Shown in pieces: positions 30,387-32,000 of a stretch of 32,000 nucleotides of DNA; within the stretch, counting starts at the first letter, position 1; each line of letters starts with the position of its first letter. The notes below the pieces were generated by a model. That model had not been told where the DNA came from and did no database searches. It was given only the letters and a program-made list of their open reading frames with translations. Origin of the DNA: Mycolicibacterium smegmatis (GTDB lineage: Bacteria > Actinomycetota > Actinomycetes > Mycobacteriales > Mycobacteriaceae); NCBI RefSeq assembly GCF_001457595.1, contig NZ_LN831039.1, forward strand, positions 2,490,001-2,522,000, in the 5' to 3' direction. The translations under genes were made by a program, and so were the position numbers.

Positions 30387-30507
30387 CGGATCGTCGCGCG
30401 GTGTCCGCCACGCCGGCTGCCGGGCAGGGCGCTCGTGACGCGGAATCTCGCTCCAATACCAGGCGGAAGCGCCGTGGTAAATACCAGGATCCCGAGGAAG
30501 TTGCACT

Positions 30508-30513
30508 TACCCT
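30508..30513 (+). promoter_or_regulatory. Predicted -10 box (TACCCT), 6 nt before the DoxX-like GTG 30520
   Basis: TACCCT-GGCAGC-GTG. Confidence 0.5.
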
Positions 30514-30519
30514 GGCAGC

Positions 30520-31362
30520 GTGACCAGTTCCTCGCAGGACCCGTGGCAAAGACCCGATAATCCGGGGACCGGCGATTCCGCCAGGCCCGCCGGGGCAAGT
30601 CTGGTCGATCCTGAAGACGATCTGCCCTCGGCCTCGTACGGTGGCGACTTCGAGACCACCGCCATCCCGCGCTACGACTCCAAGGCGCCCGACCAGTCGG
30701 CGTTCAGCATGGTCAGTGAGCCCGAGCCGCTGCCGTACGTGCAGCCCGGACTGCATGCGCCGATGGGCGCGTACCCGGCCGAGCCGGTCGAGATCGACCG
30801 CAACGACGTCGTCGACGACCAGGTCAGAGCCGCCGGGAGACGAGGCACCCAGGACCTCGGCCTGCTGATCCTGCGCGTGGCCGTCGGTGGGCTGCTCATC
30901 CTGCACGGCCTGCAGAAGGCTTTCGGCTGGTGGGGCGGACCGGGTTTCGACGGGTTCGGCACGTCGCTCGACGACATGGGTTTCAAGTACTCCGGCATCC
31001 TCACCTACGTCGCCACGGGCGGCCAGATCGCGGCAGGCGTGCTGCTGGTGCTGGGACTGTTCACGCCGATCGCCGCGGCAGGCGCGCTGGCCTACGGCAT
31101 CAACGGCCTGCTGGCCGAGGCGATGATCGCCCACGAGCAGGCCAGGCTCTCGGAGTTCTTCCACGACGGCCACCAGTACCGGCTGGTGATCCTCGCCGCG
31201 ACCGCGGCCGTCATCCTGACCGGACCGGGGCGTTACGGCTTCGACGCCGGACGCGGCTGGGCCAGGCGCCCGTTCGTCGGTTCGTTCGTGGCGCTTCTGA
31301 TCGGGATCGGCGCGGGCATCGGCATCTGGGCGCTGCTCAACGGCGGCAACCCGCTGGGCTGA
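30520..31362 (+). CDS. DoxX-family membrane protein with an extended N-terminus (resembles Rv3005c)
   Basis: DLGLLILRVAVGGLLILHGLQKAFGWWGGPGFDGF and a four-helix hydrophobic core. Confidence 0.85.
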   Translation: MTSSSQDPWQRPDNPGTGDSARPAGASLVDPEDDLPSASYGGDFETTAIPRYDSKAPDQSAFSMVSEPEPLPYVQPGLHAPMGAYPAEPVEIDRNDVVDDQVRAAGRRGTQDLGLLILRVAVGGLLILHGLQKAFGWWGGPGFDGFGTSLDDMGFKYSGILTYVATGGQIAAGVLLVLGLFTPIAAAGALAYGINGLLAEAMIAHEQARLSEFFHDGHQYRLVILAATAAVILTGPGRYGFDAGRGWARRPFVGSFVALLIGIGAGIGIWALLNGGNPLG

Positions 31363-31392
31363 TTCGCCTTTCCGGACCGTTACGCGTGATCG

Positions 31393-31791
31393 TCACGCGT
31401 ATGGGTTCGGAACCCGTCCTCCGCTGACCTCCGCGAGCAGCGGCAGCGTGGCGAACGTCACGGCGGGCAGGCGCAGATCCTCGCCGGTGGTGCGCTGCGC
31501 GACGGCCCAGCGGCCGCGCTCGAACCGCAGGCCCTCGATCTCACTCCACGGCACGGTCTGGCTGCCCAGCAGCGACCGCGCCGTCACGGTGTTGTGGTCG
31601 GCTTTGGTTTGGAACCGAATGACGGCCAGCGACAAGCCGATCGGGATGAGCAGCAGCACCCCGAACAACGGCGGATTGGTCAGGATCACGGTCAGCAGGC
31701 CCAGCGTGACCACCGCAACCGCCAGGTGCGCCATGGGCGATATCCGGATGACGACGGGGTCGGTGGCTGAACGTGCACTCACGGTGTCCAT
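31393..31791 (-). CDS. PH-domain-like membrane protein (resembles Cfp6/Rv3004)
   Basis: Two hydrophobic helices (HLAVAVVTLGLLTVIL / PLFGVLLLIPIGLSLAVI), then TVTARSLLGSQTVPWSEIEGLRFERGRWA. Confidence 0.75.
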   Translation of the reverse strand: MDTVSARSATDPVVIRISPMAHLAVAVVTLGLLTVILTNPPLFGVLLLIPIGLSLAVIRFQTKADHNTVTARSLLGSQTVPWSEIEGLRFERGRWAVAQRTTGEDLRLPAVTFATLPLLAEVSGGRVPNPYA

Positions 31792-31856
31792 CCTTGCACT
31801 GGCCCGGTACAGCGCAGAAAACGCTCCCAATACCTTGCTCACGGGCCGATCGCAAT

Positions 31857-31886
31857 TTGACCTTTGACCTGTGTGGCAGCTACCGT
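31857..31886 (+). promoter_or_regulatory. Predicted promoter of the leader peptide / ilv operon
   Basis: TTGACC (31857-31862), 18-nt spacer, TACCGT (31881-31886), then 8 nt to ATG 31895. Confidence 0.6.
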
Positions 31887-31894
31887 CAACGCTT

Positions 31895-31966
31895 ATGCAG
31901 ACCCCGGGAGTGCTCGTAGTAATTGGTTGGCGCGTTGATGCCGCGCTGGCCCTCTGCCGGGCATAG
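31895..31966 (+). CDS. Branched-chain amino acid leader peptide (23 aa), probably upstream of ilvB
   Basis: MQTPGVLVVIGWRVDAALALCRA: 8 of 23 residues are Val/Leu/Ile, with a GTA GTA ATT codon cluster. Confidence 0.8.
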   Translation: MQTPGVLVVIGWRVDAALALCRA

Positions 31967-31986
31967 CACACCAGCATCGACGCGCC
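31929..31986 (+). promoter_or_regulatory. Attenuator-type RNA pairing overlapping the leader peptide, truncated by the window edge
   Basis: GGCGCGTTGATGC (31929-31941) pairs with GCATCGACGCGCC (31974-31986): 13 bp with one G-U wobble. Confidence 0.7.
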
Positions 31987-32000
31987 ACCCTCGTACAGCA

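Overview
High-GC actinobacterial chromosome. Gene content and order look like a fast-growing mycobacterium of the Mycobacterium/Mycolicibacterium smegmatis type (inferred from synteny knowledge; no search was run). Main blocks: (1) the end of a UDP-glycosyltransferase, convergent with a tightly overlapping minus-strand aromatic-carotenoid operon: crtI, crtB, two-subunit lycopene cyclase, CrtU-like desaturase/methylase, Rieske/DUF5914-type protein, DUF2784 membrane protein. A near-perfect SigF-type promoter (GTTT-N16-GGGTAT) precedes crtI. (2) A three-gene block resembling the mycobacterial methylglucose lipopolysaccharide/glucan region (SAM methyltransferase, GH57, GT4), with a candidate 44-aa ORF fitted between GH57 and GT4. 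(3) etfB/etfA followed by a strong intrinsic terminator, an NAD(P)-binding protein and a nitroreductase. (4) An overlapping OlsB-like/PlsC-like acyltransferase pair. (5) iscS, mnmA, a methionine-synthase-like protein, an acyl-CoA synthetase, an MmcQ/YjbR protein, ligA, an ACT protein, gatC, gatA, pfkA, gatB. (6) TetR, an LppZ-like lipoprotein, DoxX and PH-domain-like proteins, and a branched-chain-residue-rich 23-codon leader peptide with attenuator-like pairing at the right edge, probably upstream of ilvB. Three perfect copies of a 26-bp repeat span the gatB stop codon. Many start codons sit 6-8 nt after a TANNNT box, predicting leaderless mRNAs. I found no convincing phage, IS, CRISPR or defence system.
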